DNA of 64,000 nucleotides from Escherichia coli (GTDB lineage Bacteria; Pseudomonadota; Gammaproteobacteria; Enterobacterales; Enterobacteriaceae): NCBI RefSeq assembly GCF_016903815.1, contig NZ_CP069973.1; one strand, 5' to 3'. Shown piece by piece: positions 53,405 to 64,000 of this stretch (position 1 is its first letter; each line of letters starts with the position of its first letter). The notes under the pieces were generated by a model. It saw only the letters and a program-made list of their open reading frames with translations, ran no database searches and was not told where the DNA came from. The position numbers and the translations under genes were made by a program.

Positions 53405-54088
53405 ATGACGGCAATTGCCCCGGTTATTACCATTGATGGCCCAAGCGGTGCAGGGAAAGGCACCTTGTGTAAGGCTATGGCGGAAGCGTTGCAATGGCAT
53501 CTGCTGGACTCGGGTGCAATTTATCGCGTACTGGCACTGGCGGCATTACATCACCATGTTGATGTTGCATCGGAAGATGTGCTTGTGCCGCTGGCATCCC
53601 ATCTGGATGTACGTTTTGTGTCGACCAATGGCAATCTGGAAGTGATCCTCGAAGGGGAAGATGTCAGTGGCGAAATTCGTACTCAGGAAGTGGCGAATGC
53701 TGCTTCACAAGTCGCGGCATTCCCACGCGTTCGTGAAGCATTATTGCGTCGCCAACGCGCGTTTCGCGAATTACCAGGCTTGATTGCCGATGGCCGCGAC
53801 ATGGGAACGGTGGTATTCCCTGATGCGCCAGTGAAAATTTTCCTTGACGCCTCCTCGGAAGAACGTGCGCATCGCCGCATGCTACAGTTGCAGGAGAAGG
53901 GCTTTAGTGTTAACTTTGAGCGCCTTTTGGCCGAGATCAAAGAACGCGACGACCGCGATCGTAACCGAGCGGTAGCGCCACTGGTTCCGGCAGCCGATGC
54001 TTTAGTGTTGGATTCCACCACCTTAAGCATTGAGCAAGTGATTGAAAAAGCGCTACAATACGCGCGCCAGAAATTGGCTCTCGCATAA
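53405..54088 (+). CDS. cmk: cytidylate kinase
   Basis: 227 aa, P-loop GPSGAGKGT. Confidence 0.93.
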   Translation: MTAIAPVITIDGPSGAGKGTLCKAMAEALQWHLLDSGAIYRVLALAALHHHVDVASEDVLVPLASHLDVRFVSTNGNLEVILEGEDVSGEIRTQEVANAASQVAAFPRVREALLRRQRAFRELPGLIADGRDMGTVVFPDAPVKIFLDASSEERAHRRMLQLQEKGFSVNFERLLAEIKERDDRDRNRAVAPLVPAADALVLDSTTLSIEQVIEKALQYARQKLALA

Positions 54089-54198
54089 GCGACCGAATTT
54101 GCAGTACCCCCGTTGCAATGGAATGACAGCGGGTATGTTAAACAACCCCATCCGGCATGGAGCCAGGTGGACGTTAAATATAAACCTGAAGATTAAAC

Positions 54199-55872
54199 AT
54201 GACTGAATCTTTTGCTCAACTCTTTGAAGAGTCCTTAAAAGAAATCGAAACCCGCCCGGGTTCTATCGTTCGTGGCGTTGTTGTTGCTATCGACAAAGAC
54301 GTAGTACTGGTTGACGCTGGTCTGAAATCTGAGTCCGCCATCCCGGCTGAGCAGTTCAAAAACGCCCAGGGCGAGCTGGAAATCCAGGTAGGTGACGAAG
54401 TTGACGTTGCTCTGGACGCAGTAGAAGACGGCTTCGGTGAAACTCTGCTGTCCCGTGAGAAAGCTAAACGTCACGAAGCCTGGATCACGCTGGAAAAAGC
54501 TTACGAAGATGCTGAAACTGTTACCGGTGTTATCAACGGCAAAGTTAAGGGCGGCTTCACTGTTGAGCTGAACGGTATTCGTGCGTTCCTGCCAGGTTCT
54601 CTGGTAGACGTTCGTCCGGTGCGTGACACTCTGCACCTGGAAGGCAAAGAGCTTGAATTCAAAGTAATCAAGCTGGATCAGAAGCGCAACAACGTTGTTG
54701 TTTCTCGTCGTGCCGTTATCGAATCCGAAAACAGCGCAGAGCGCGATCAGCTGCTGGAAAACCTGCAGGAAGGCATGGAAGTTAAAGGTATCGTTAAGAA
54801 CCTCACTGACTACGGTGCATTCGTTGATCTGGGCGGCGTTGACGGCCTGCTGCACATCACTGATATGGCCTGGAAACGCGTTAAGCATCCGAGCGAAATC
54901 GTCAACGTGGGCGACGAAATCACTGTTAAAGTGCTGAAGTTCGACCGCGAACGTACCCGTGTATCCCTGGGCCTGAAACAGCTGGGCGAAGATCCGTGGG
55001 TAGCTATCGCTAAACGTTATCCGGAAGGTACCAAACTGACTGGTCGCGTGACCAACCTGACCGACTACGGCTGCTTCGTTGAAATCGAAGAAGGCGTTGA
55101 AGGCCTGGTACACGTTTCCGAAATGGATTGGACCAACAAAAACATCCACCCGTCCAAAGTTGTTAACGTTGGCGATGTAGTGGAAGTTATGGTTCTGGAT
55201 ATCGACGAAGAACGTCGTCGTATCTCCCTGGGTCTGAAACAGTGCAAAGCTAACCCGTGGCAGCAGTTCGCGGAAACCCACAACAAGGGTGACCGTGTTG
55301 AAGGTAAAATCAAGTCTATCACTGACTTCGGTATCTTCATCGGCCTTGACGGCGGCATCGACGGCCTGGTTCACCTGTCTGACATCTCCTGGAACGTTGC
55401 AGGCGAAGAAGCAGTTCGTGAATACAAAAAAGGCGACGAAATCGCTGCAGTTGTTCTGCAGGTTGACGCAGAACGTGAACGTATCTCCCTGGGCGTTAAA
55501 CAGCTCGCAGAAGATCCGTTCAACAACTGGGTTGCTCTGAACAAGAAAGGCGCTATCGTAACCGGTAAAGTAACTGCAGTTGACGCTAAAGGCGCAACCG
55601 TAGAACTGGCTGACGGCGTTGAAGGTTACCTGCGTGCTTCTGAAGCATCCCGTGACCGCGTTGAAGACGCTACCCTGGTTCTGAGCGTTGGCGACGAAGT
55701 TGAAGCTAAATTCACCGGCGTTGATCGTAAAAACCGCGCAATCAGCCTGTCTGTTCGTGCGAAAGACGAAGCTGACGAGAAAGATGCAATCGCAACTGTT
55801 AACAAACAGGAAGATGCAAACTTCTCCAACAACGCAATGGCTGAAGCTTTCAAAGCAGCTAAAGGCGAGTAA
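54199..55872 (+). CDS. rpsA: 30S ribosomal protein S1
   Basis: 557 aa with repeated S1 domains, strong codon bias. Confidence 0.95.
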
Positions 55873-56031
55873 TTCTCTGACTCTTCGGGATTTTTATTCC
55901 GAAGTTTGTTGAGTTTACTTGACAGATTGCAGGTTTCGTCCTGTAATCAAGCACTAAGGGCGGCTACGGCCGCCCTTAATCAATGCAGCAACAGCAGCCG
56001 CTTAATTTGCCTTTAAGGAACCGGAGGAATC

Positions 56032-56316
56032 ATGACCAAGTCAGAATTGATAGAAAGACTTGCCACCCAGCAATCGCACATTCCCGCCAAGACGGTTGAA
56101 GATGCAGTAAAAGAGATGCTGGAGCATATGGCCTCGACTCTTGCGCAGGGCGAGCGTATTGAAATCCGCGGTTTCGGCAGTTTCTCTTTGCACTACCGCG
56201 CACCACGTACCGGACGTAATCCGAAGACTGGCGATAAAGTAGAACTGGAAGGAAAATACGTTCCTCACTTTAAACCAGGTAAAGAACTGCGCGATCGCGC
56301 CAATATTTACGGTTAA
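56032..56316 (+). CDS. ihfB: integration host factor beta subunit
   Basis: 94 aa HU/IHF family ([11 protein letters not shown]...). Confidence 0.93.
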
Positions 56317-56342
56317 GTTTTTACTCAAACTTGAACGCGAGA

Positions 56343-56367
56343 AAAGCACCTGTCGGGTGCTTTTTTC
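56343..56367 (+). terminator. rho-independent terminator after ihfB
   Basis: GCACC-TGTC-GGGTGC followed by TTTTTTC. Confidence 0.65.
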
Positions 56368-56522
56368 ATTTCTCTAATCTGGAACTGGAAGCTGCCTCGC
56401 AGAGTTTTGAACAGTTTTCACCCTCTCGTTAAATTCTTCTGAACGTGCCTCGGGGAACGCAAAACTCCCACCAGACAACCGCTCAACAAAGTTGCACACT
56501 TTCCATAAATACGGAGGGGTGC

Positions 56523-58787
56523 ATGAAAATAACGACAGTCGGCGTATGCATAATTTGCGGAATTTTTCCGTTGCTGGTTTTGCCCCAATTGCCTGGGACA
56601 TTAACCCTTGCGTTTCTGACTGTCTTCGCCTGCGTACTGGCATTTATTCCTGTTAAAGCCGTCCGTTATATCGCGCTGACGTTGCTGTTTTTTCTTTGGG
56701 GCATATCAGCGGCAAAGCAAATTTTGTGGGCAGGAGAAACCTTAACTGGCGCGACGCAGGATGCAATAGTTGAGATCACTGCTACTGACGGCATGACCAC
56801 TCATTACGGTCAAGTCACTCATCTACAAGGTCGACGTATATTCCCTGCGCCAGGCCTCGTGCTGTATGGCGAATATCTCCCGCAAGCGGTTTGTGCCGGA
56901 CAACTATGGTCAATGAAACTCAAAGTTCGTGCAGTTCATGGCCAACTTAATGATGGCAGCTTTGATAGCCAGCGTTATGCCATTGCCCAGCATCAGCCGC
57001 TGACCGGCCGCTTTCTGCAGGCAAGTGTCATTGAACCGGATTGTAGCTTGCGTGCACAGTATCTGGCGTCATTACAAACAACGCTGCAACCCTATCCGTG
57101 GAATGCAGTTATTCTTGGTTTAGGTATGGGGGAACGGTTATCCGTTCCCAAAGAAATCAAAAATATCATGCGCGATACTGGAACGGCGCATTTAATGGCG
57201 ATATCGGGATTGCATATCGCTTTTGCGGCGTTGCTGGCTGCCGGACTCATTCGCGGTGGGCAAGTTTTTCTGCCTGGGCGCTGGATCCACTGGCAAATGC
57301 CATTAATTGGCGGAATCTGCTGTGCTGCTTTTTATGCCTGGCTGACTGGGATGCAACCTCCTGCATTGCGTACCGTGGTGGCGCTTGCCATGTGGGGAAT
57401 GCTTAAGTTAAGTGGGCGACAATGGAGTGGCTGGGATGTATGGATATGTTGTCTGGCGGCAATTTTGCTGATGGATCCTGTTGCCATTCTCTCGCAAAGT
57501 TTATGGCTCTCTGTCGCTGCGGTCGCGGCACTGATTTTTTGGTATCAGTGGTTTCCCTGTCCGGAGTGGCAACTGCCGCCGGTATTGCGCGCGGTTGTTT
57601 CCCTCATCCATCTGCAGCTGGGAATCACCCTCCTGCTTATGCCCGTGCAAATCGTCATATTTCATGGCATTAGTCTGACCTCGTTTATTGCAAATCTATT
57701 TGCAATTCCCCTGGTGACATTTATCACGGTTCCATTGATCCTCGCCGCGATGGTTGTGCATTTAAGCGGGCCGTTAATCCTGGAACAGGGGTTATGGTTT
57801 CTTGCCGACCGGTCTTTGGCTTTACTTTTCTGGGGGTTAAAGAGTTTGCCGGAAGGGTGGATCAACATTGCTGAACGTTGGCAATGGCTAACATTTTCCC
57901 CATGGTTCTTACTGGTGGTATGGCGATTAAACGCCTGGCGAACGTTGCCAGCAATGTGTGTGGCTGGAGGCTTGCTGATGTGCTGGCCGCTGTGGCAAAA
58001 ACCTCGACCTGACGAGTGGCAAGTGTACATGCTTGATGTCGGGCAAGGGCTGGCAATGGTCATTGCGCGAAACGGCAAAGCGATTCTCTATGACACGGGA
58101 CTGGCCTGGCCCGAAGGGGATAGTGGGCAACAACTGATTATCCCCTGGCTCCACTGGCATAATCTTGAACCGGAAGGCGTTATTCTGAGTCATGAACATC
58201 TGGATCACCGGGGAGGGCTGGACTCAATATTGCACACATGGCCGATGTTATGGATCAGAAGTCCGTTAAACTGGGAACATCATCAGCCCTGTGTGCGTGG
58301 CGAAGCGTGGCAATGGCAAGGATTGCGTTTCAGCGCGCACTGGCCTTTACAAGCTAGCAACGATAAAGGAAATAACCATTCCTGTGTGGTTAAGGTTGAT
58401 GACGGGACGAATAGCATTCTTCTAACCGGTGATATTGAAGCCCCCGCTGAACAAAAGATGCTAAGCCGTTACTGGCAGCAAGTGCAGGCAACATTGCTTC
58501 AGGTACCTCACCATGGCAGTAATACCTCATCATCGTTGCCATTAATTCAGCGAGTGAATGGAAAAGTGGCACTCGCATCGGCATCGCGCTATAACGCATG
58601 GCGATTGCCCTCCAACAAAGTTAAGTATCGCTATCAACAACAAGGTTATAAGTGGCTTGATACTCCACATCAGGGTCAAGTGACGGTCAATTTTTCAGCG
58701 CAAGGCTGGCGGATTAGCAGCCTCAGAGAGCAAATTTTACCTCGTTGGTATCATCAGTGGTTTGGCGTGCCAGTGGATAACGGGTAG
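56523..58787 (+). CDS. ycaI: ComEC/Rec2-family competence-like membrane protein with C-terminal metallo-beta-lactamase domain
   Basis: 754 aa from internal Met MKITTVG...; polytopic N-terminal part, HxHxDH-type motif (SHEHLDHRGG). Confidence 0.8.
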   Translation: MKITTVGVCIICGIFPLLVLPQLPGTLTLAFLTVFACVLAFIPVKAVRYIALTLLFFLWGISAAKQILWAGETLTGATQDAIVEITATDGMTTHYGQVTHLQGRRIFPAPGLVLYGEYLPQAVCAGQLWSMKLKVRAVHGQLNDGSFDSQRYAIAQHQPLTGRFLQASVIEPDCSLRAQYLASLQTTLQPYPWNAVILGLGMGERLSVPKEIKNIMRDTGTAHLMAISGLHIAFAALLAAGLIRGGQVFLPGRWIHWQMPLIGGICCAAFYAWLTGMQPPALRTVVALAMWGMLKLSGRQWSGWDVWICCLAAILLMDPVAILSQSLWLSVAAVAALIFWYQWFPCPEWQLPPVLRAVVSLIHLQLGITLLLMPVQIVIFHGISLTSFIANLFAIPLVTFITVPLILAAMVVHLSGPLILEQGLWFLADRSLALLFWGLKSLPEGWINIAERWQWLTFSPWFLLVVWRLNAWRTLPAMCVAGGLLMCWPLWQKPRPDEWQVYMLDVGQGLAMVIARNGKAILYDTGLAWPEGDSGQQLIIPWLHWHNLEPEGVILSHEHLDHRGGLDSILHTWPMLWIRSPLNWEHHQPCVRGEAWQWQGLRFSAHWPLQASNDKGNNHSCVVKVDDGTNSILLTGDIEAPAEQKMLSRYWQQVQATLLQVPHHGSNTSSSLPLIQRVNGKVALASASRYNAWRLPSNKVKYRYQQQGYKWLDTPHQGQVTVNFSAQGWRISSLREQILPRWYHQWFGVPVDNG

Positions 58788-58823
58788 AATATGCGGCTAT
58801 TTCAACAAATGCTGGTTTTTTGA

Positions 58824-60572
58824 ATGCATAACGACAAAGATCTCTCTACGTGGCAGACATTCCGCCGACTGTGGCCAACCATTGCGCCTTTTAAAGCGGG
58901 TCTGATCGTGGCGGGCGTAGCGTTAATCCTCAACGCAGCCAGCGATACCTTCATGTTATCGCTCCTTAAGCCACTTCTTGATGATGGCTTTGGTAAAACA
59001 GATCGCTCCGTGCTGGTGTGGATGCCGCTGGTGGTGATCGGGCTGATGATTTTGCGTGGTATCACCAGCTATGTCTCCAGCTACTGTATCTCCTGGGTAT
59101 CAGGAAAGGTGGTAATGACCATGCGTCGCCGCCTGTTTGGTCACATGATGGGAATGCCGGTTTCATTCTTTGACAAACAGTCAACGGGTACGCTGTTGTC
59201 ACGTATCACCTACGATTCCGAACAGGTTGCTTCTTCCTCTTCCGGCGCACTGATTACTGTTGTGCGTGAAGGTGCGTCGATCATCGGCCTGTTCATCATG
59301 ATGTTCTATTACAGTTGGCAACTGTCGATCATTTTGATTGTGCTGGCACCGATTGTTTCGATTGCGATTCGCGTTGTATCGAAGCGTTTTCGCAACATCA
59401 GTAAAAACATGCAGAACACCATGGGACAGGTGACCACCAGCGCTGAACAAATGCTGAAGGGCCACAAAGAAGTATTGATTTTCGGTGGTCAGGAAGTGGA
59501 AACGAAACGCTTCGATAAAGTCAGTAACCGAATGCGTCTTCAGGGGATGAAAATGGTTTCAGCCTCTTCCATCTCTGATCCGATCATTCAGCTGATCGCC
59601 TCTTTGGCGCTGGCGTTTGTTCTGTATGCGGCGAGCTTCCCAAGTGTCATGGATAGCCTGACTGCCGGTACGATTACCGTTGTTTTCTCTTCAATGATTG
59701 CACTGATGCGTCCGCTGAAATCGCTGACCAACGTTAACGCCCAGTTCCAGCGCGGTATGGCGGCTTGTCAGACGCTGTTTACCATTCTGGACAGTGAGCA
59801 GGAGAAAGACGAAGGTAAGCGCGTGATCGAGCGTGCGACTGGCGACGTGGAATTCCGCAATGTCACCTTTACTTATCCAGGACGTGACGTGCCCGCATTG
59901 CGTAACATCAACCTGAAAATTCCGGCAGGGAAGACGGTTGCTCTGGTTGGACGCTCTGGTTCAGGTAAATCAACCATCGCCAGCCTAATCACACGTTTTT
60001 ACGATATTGATGAAGGCGAAATCCTGATGGATGGTCACGATCTGCGCGAGTATACCCTGGCGTCGTTACGTAACCAGGTTGCTCTGGTGTCGCAGAATGT
60101 CCATTTGTTTAACGATACTGTTGCTAACAACATTGCTTACGCACGGACTGAACAGTACAGCCGTGAGCAAATTGAAGAAGCGGCGCGTATGGCCTACGCC
60201 ATGGACTTCATCAATAAGATGGATAACGGTCTCGATACAGTGATTGGTGAAAACGGCGTGCTGCTCTCTGGCGGTCAGCGTCAGCGTATTGCCATCGCTC
60301 GAGCCTTGTTGCGTGATAGCCCGATTCTGATTCTGGACGAAGCTACCTCGGCGTTGGATACCGAATCCGAACGTGCGATTCAGGCGGCACTGGATGAGTT
60401 GCAGAAAAACCGTACCTCTCTGGTGATTGCCCACCGCTTGTCTACCATTGAAAAGGCAGACGAAATCGTGGTCGTCGAGGATGGTGTCATTGTGGAACGC
60501 GGTACGCATAACGATTTGCTTGAGCACCGTGGCGTTTACGCGCAACTTCACAAAATGCAGTTTGGTCAATGA
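58824..60572 (+). CDS. msbA: lipid A ABC exporter (flippase), fused permease/ATPase
   Basis: 582 aa; Walker [13 protein letters not shown] signature LSGGQRQR, Walker [13 protein letters not shown]. Confidence 0.93.
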   Translation: MHNDKDLSTWQTFRRLWPTIAPFKAGLIVAGVALILNAASDTFMLSLLKPLLDDGFGKTDRSVLVWMPLVVIGLMILRGITSYVSSYCISWVSGKVVMTMRRRLFGHMMGMPVSFFDKQSTGTLLSRITYDSEQVASSSSGALITVVREGASIIGLFIMMFYYSWQLSIILIVLAPIVSIAIRVVSKRFRNISKNMQNTMGQVTTSAEQMLKGHKEVLIFGGQEVETKRFDKVSNRMRLQGMKMVSASSISDPIIQLIASLALAFVLYAASFPSVMDSLTAGTITVVFSSMIALMRPLKSLTNVNAQFQRGMAACQTLFTILDSEQEKDEGKRVIERATGDVEFRNVTFTYPGRDVPALRNINLKIPAGKTVALVGRSGSGKSTIASLITRFYDIDEGEILMDGHDLREYTLASLRNQVALVSQNVHLFNDTVANNIAYARTEQYSREQIEEAARMAYAMDFINKMDNGLDTVIGENGVLLSGGQRQRIAIARALLRDSPILILDEATSALDTESERAIQAALDELQKNRTSLVIAHRLSTIEKADEIVVVEDGVIVERGTHNDLLEHRGVYAQLHKMQFGQ

Positions 60573-61555
60573 TCGAAAAAATCTGGTCTGGTGAATCCCC
60601 TTTGTGGCGGCTATTGCTGCCACTCTCCTGGTTGTATGGCCTGGTGAGTGGCGCGATCCGTCTTTGCTATAAACTAAAACTGAAGCGCGCCTGGCGTGCC
60701 CCCGTACCGGTTGTCGTGGTTGGTAATCTCACCGCAGGCGGCAACGGAAAAACCCCGGTCGTTGTCTGGCTGGTGGAACAGTTGCAACAGCGCGGTATTC
60801 GCGTGGGGGTCGTATCGCGGGGATATGGTGGTAAGGCTGAATCTTATCCGCTGTTATTGTCGGCAGATACCACCACAGCACAGGCGGGTGATGAACCTGT
60901 GTTGATTTATCAACGCACTGATGCGCCTGTTGCGGTTTCTCCCGTGCGTTCTGATGCGATAAAAGCCATTCTGGCGCAACACCCTGATGTGCAGATCATC
61001 GTAACCGACGACGGTTTACAGCATTACCGTCTGGCGCGTGATGTGGAAATTGTCGTTATTGATGGTGTGCGTCGCTTTGGCAATGGCTGGTGGTTGCCGG
61101 CGGGGCCAATGCGTGAGCGAGCGGGGCGCTTAAAGTCGGTTGATGCGGTAATCGTCAACGGTGGTGTCCCCCGCAGCGGTGAAATCCCCATGCATCTGCT
61201 GCCGGGTCAGGCGGTGAATTTACGTACCGGTACGCGTTGTGACGTTGCTCAGCTTGAACATGTGGTGGCGATGGCAGGGATTGGTCATCCGCCGCGCTTT
61301 TTTGCCACGCTGAAGATGTGTGGCGTACAACCGGAAAAATGTGTACCGCTGGCCGATCATCAGTCTTTGAATCATGCGGATGTCAGCGCGTTGGTAAGCG
61401 CCGGGCAAACGCTGGTAATGACTGAAAAAGATGCGGTGAAATGCCGGGCCTTTGCAGAAGAAAATTGGTGGTATTTGCCTGTAGACGCACAGCTTTCAGG
61501 TGATGAACCAGCGAAACTGCTTGCGCAACTAACCTCGCTGGCTTCTGGCAACTAG
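60569..61555 (+). CDS. lpxK: tetraacyldisaccharide 4'-kinase
   Basis: 328 aa; P-loop [12 protein letters not shown]; overlaps msbA stop. Confidence 0.9.
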   Translation: MIEKIWSGESPLWRLLLPLSWLYGLVSGAIRLCYKLKLKRAWRAPVPVVVVGNLTAGGNGKTPVVVWLVEQLQQRGIRVGVVSRGYGGKAESYPLLLSADTTTAQAGDEPVLIYQRTDAPVAVSPVRSDAIKAILAQHPDVQIIVTDDGLQHYRLARDVEIVVIDGVRRFGNGWWLPAGPMRERAGRLKSVDAVIVNGGVPRSGEIPMHLLPGQAVNLRTGTRCDVAQLEHVVAMAGIGHPPRFFATLKMCGVQPEKCVPLADHQSLNHADVSALVSAGQTLVMTEKDAVKCRAFAEENWWYLPVDAQLSGDEPAKLLAQLTSLASGN

Positions 61556-61591
61556 TTACGCCGCGGCAGCGTTCGATTGATGGAGTCATGA

Positions 61592-62824
61592 ATGTCGCTG
61601 CCGCACCTCTCCCTTGCTGATGCGCGTAATCTTCACCTTGCCGCGCAAGGCCTGTTAAACAAACCCCGCCGTCGAGCATCGTTGGAGGATATTCCGGCAA
61701 CGATCTCCCGCATGTCCTTGCTGCAAATCGATACCATCAATATTGTTGCCCGTAGCCCATATCTGGTGCTTTTCAGTCGTCTGGGAAATTATCCTGCGCA
61801 GTGGCTGGATGATTCTCTGGCGCGTGGTGAATTAATGGAATACTGGGCGCATGAAGCCTGCTTTATGCTGCGTAGCGACTTTCGTCTTATTCGCCACCGC
61901 ATGCTGGCACCTGAAAAAATGGGCTGGAAATACAAAGACGCCTGGATGCAGGAACATGCGGCGGAAATTGCACAGTTAATTCAGCATATTCATGATAAGG
62001 GGCCGGTACGTTCAGCCGATTTCGAGCATTCTCGTAAAGGTGCAAGCGGCTGGTGGGAATGGAAGCCGCATAAACGGCATCTGGAAGGTTTATTTACAGC
62101 CGGGAAAGTGATGGTGATTGAACGGCGCAACTTCCAGCGCGTTTATGATTTAACCCATCGTGTCATGCCTGACTGGGATGATGAGCGCGATCTCGTTTCG
62201 CAAACAGAAGCAGAAATCATCATGCTGGATAACAGTGCGCGTAGCCTTGGCATATTCCGCGAACAGTGGCTGGCAGATTACTATCGGCTGAAACGTCCGG
62301 CACTGGCGGTTTGGCGCGAAGCGAGGGCTGAACAGCAGCAAATCATTGCTGTGCATGTTGAAAAATTGGGCAATCTTTGGCTGCATGCTGATTTGCTGCC
62401 GCTACTCGAGCGTGCACTGGCCGGAAAGCTCACTGCAACGCACAGCGCGGTACTTTCGCCTTTTGATCCTGTTGTCTGGGATCGCAAACGCGCAGAGCAG
62501 CTTTTTGATTTTAGCTACCGGCTGGAGTGCTATACCCCAGCGCCGAAACGCCAGTATGGCTATTTTGTTCTGCCGTTATTACATCGTGGGCAATTAGTTG
62601 GGCGAATGGATGCCAAAATGCATCGCCAGACAGGCATCCTTGAAGTTATCTCTCTGTGGTTACAAGAAGGCATTAAACCAACGACAACGCTGCAAAAAGG
62701 GTTACGTCAGGCGATTACTGATTTCGCTAACTGGCAGCAGGCAACGCGGGTGACATTAGGACGCTGCCCGCAAGGCCTCTTTACTGATTGCCGCACCGGC
62801 TGGGAAATAGACCCCGTCGCATAA
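61592..62824 (+). CDS. ycaQ: winged-helix DNA-glycosylase-like protein (DUF1006 family)
   Basis: 410 aa; synteny between lpxK and ycaR. Confidence 0.78.
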   Translation: MSLPHLSLADARNLHLAAQGLLNKPRRRASLEDIPATISRMSLLQIDTINIVARSPYLVLFSRLGNYPAQWLDDSLARGELMEYWAHEACFMLRSDFRLIRHRMLAPEKMGWKYKDAWMQEHAAEIAQLIQHIHDKGPVRSADFEHSRKGASGWWEWKPHKRHLEGLFTAGKVMVIERRNFQRVYDLTHRVMPDWDDERDLVSQTEAEIIMLDNSARSLGIFREQWLADYYRLKRPALAVWREARAEQQQIIAVHVEKLGNLWLHADLLPLLERALAGKLTATHSAVLSPFDPVVWDRKRAEQLFDFSYRLECYTPAPKRQYGYFVLPLLHRGQLVGRMDAKMHRQTGILEVISLWLQEGIKPTTTLQKGLRQAITDFANWQQATRVTLGRCPQGLFTDCRTGWEIDPVA

Positions 62825-62875
62825 ATGATTATGATAAGATTTATGCATTCATAACCCGATCCATCTGGAGGAACT

Positions 62876-63801
<926 letters not shown>

Positions 63802-63955
63802 TTTCACTTCACGACACTCCAGCCAATTTTGGGAGGAGTGTCGTACCGTTACGATTTTCCTCAATTTTTCTTTTCAACAATTGATCTCATTCAGGTGACA
63901 TCTTTTATATTGGCGCTCATTATGAAAGCAGTAGCTTTTATGAGGGTAATCTGAA

Positions 63956-64000
63956 TGGAACAGCTGCGTGCCGAATTAAGCCATTTACTGGGCGAAAAAC
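63956..64000 (+). CDS. ycbJ: start of downstream gene (3' end outside window), probably ycbJ
   Basis: ATG followed by open frame MEQLRAELSHLLGEK to the window edge; identity from recalled synteny only. Confidence 0.4.

Noticed and set aside
54235-55374. 379-aa minus-strand ORF inside rpsA
   Set aside because: Antisense shadow of rpsA; no RBS or context, and rpsA is unambiguous.

Overview
This window looks like an enterobacterial (E. coli-like) chromosomal segment, serS-dmsABC-ycaC-ycaD-ycaM-pflA // pflB-focA-ycaO-ycaP-serC-aroA-ycaL-cmk-rpsA-ihfB-ycaI-msbA-lpxK-ycaQ-ycaR-kdsB, split between pflA and pflB by an apparently intact ~33.4 kb P2-like prophage (about 9827-43268). All calls rest on reading the ORF translations and sequence by eye and on recalled family knowledge; no database search was run. 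The prophage has P2 gene order and P2-sized proteins throughout (int, C, cox, B, A, cos, Q, P, O, N, M, L, X, lysis cassette, R, S, V, W, J, I, H, G, FI, FII, E/E', T, U, D, ogr). It is flanked by a 13-bp direct repeat (ACCAATAACTGAC) that lies inside the first codons of pflA, so pflA now carries a phage-supplied start codon and N-terminal extension. Three AT-rich cargo loci sit at the classic P2 variable positions. (1) Between A and Q (tin/old position): a structured leader, a small ORF, an XRE-type HTH gene and a retron-type reverse transcriptase (FFPS, YVDD and VTG motifs), plus a convergent two-domain FRG-domain protein. This is the best candidate for a novel or poorly described anti-phage system. 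(2) Between S and V (orf30 position): a three-helix membrane protein. (3) Between G and FI (Z/fun position): a 408-aa protein with a C-terminal PD-(D/E)xK nuclease-like motif. No rRNA, tRNA or CRISPR array was seen.
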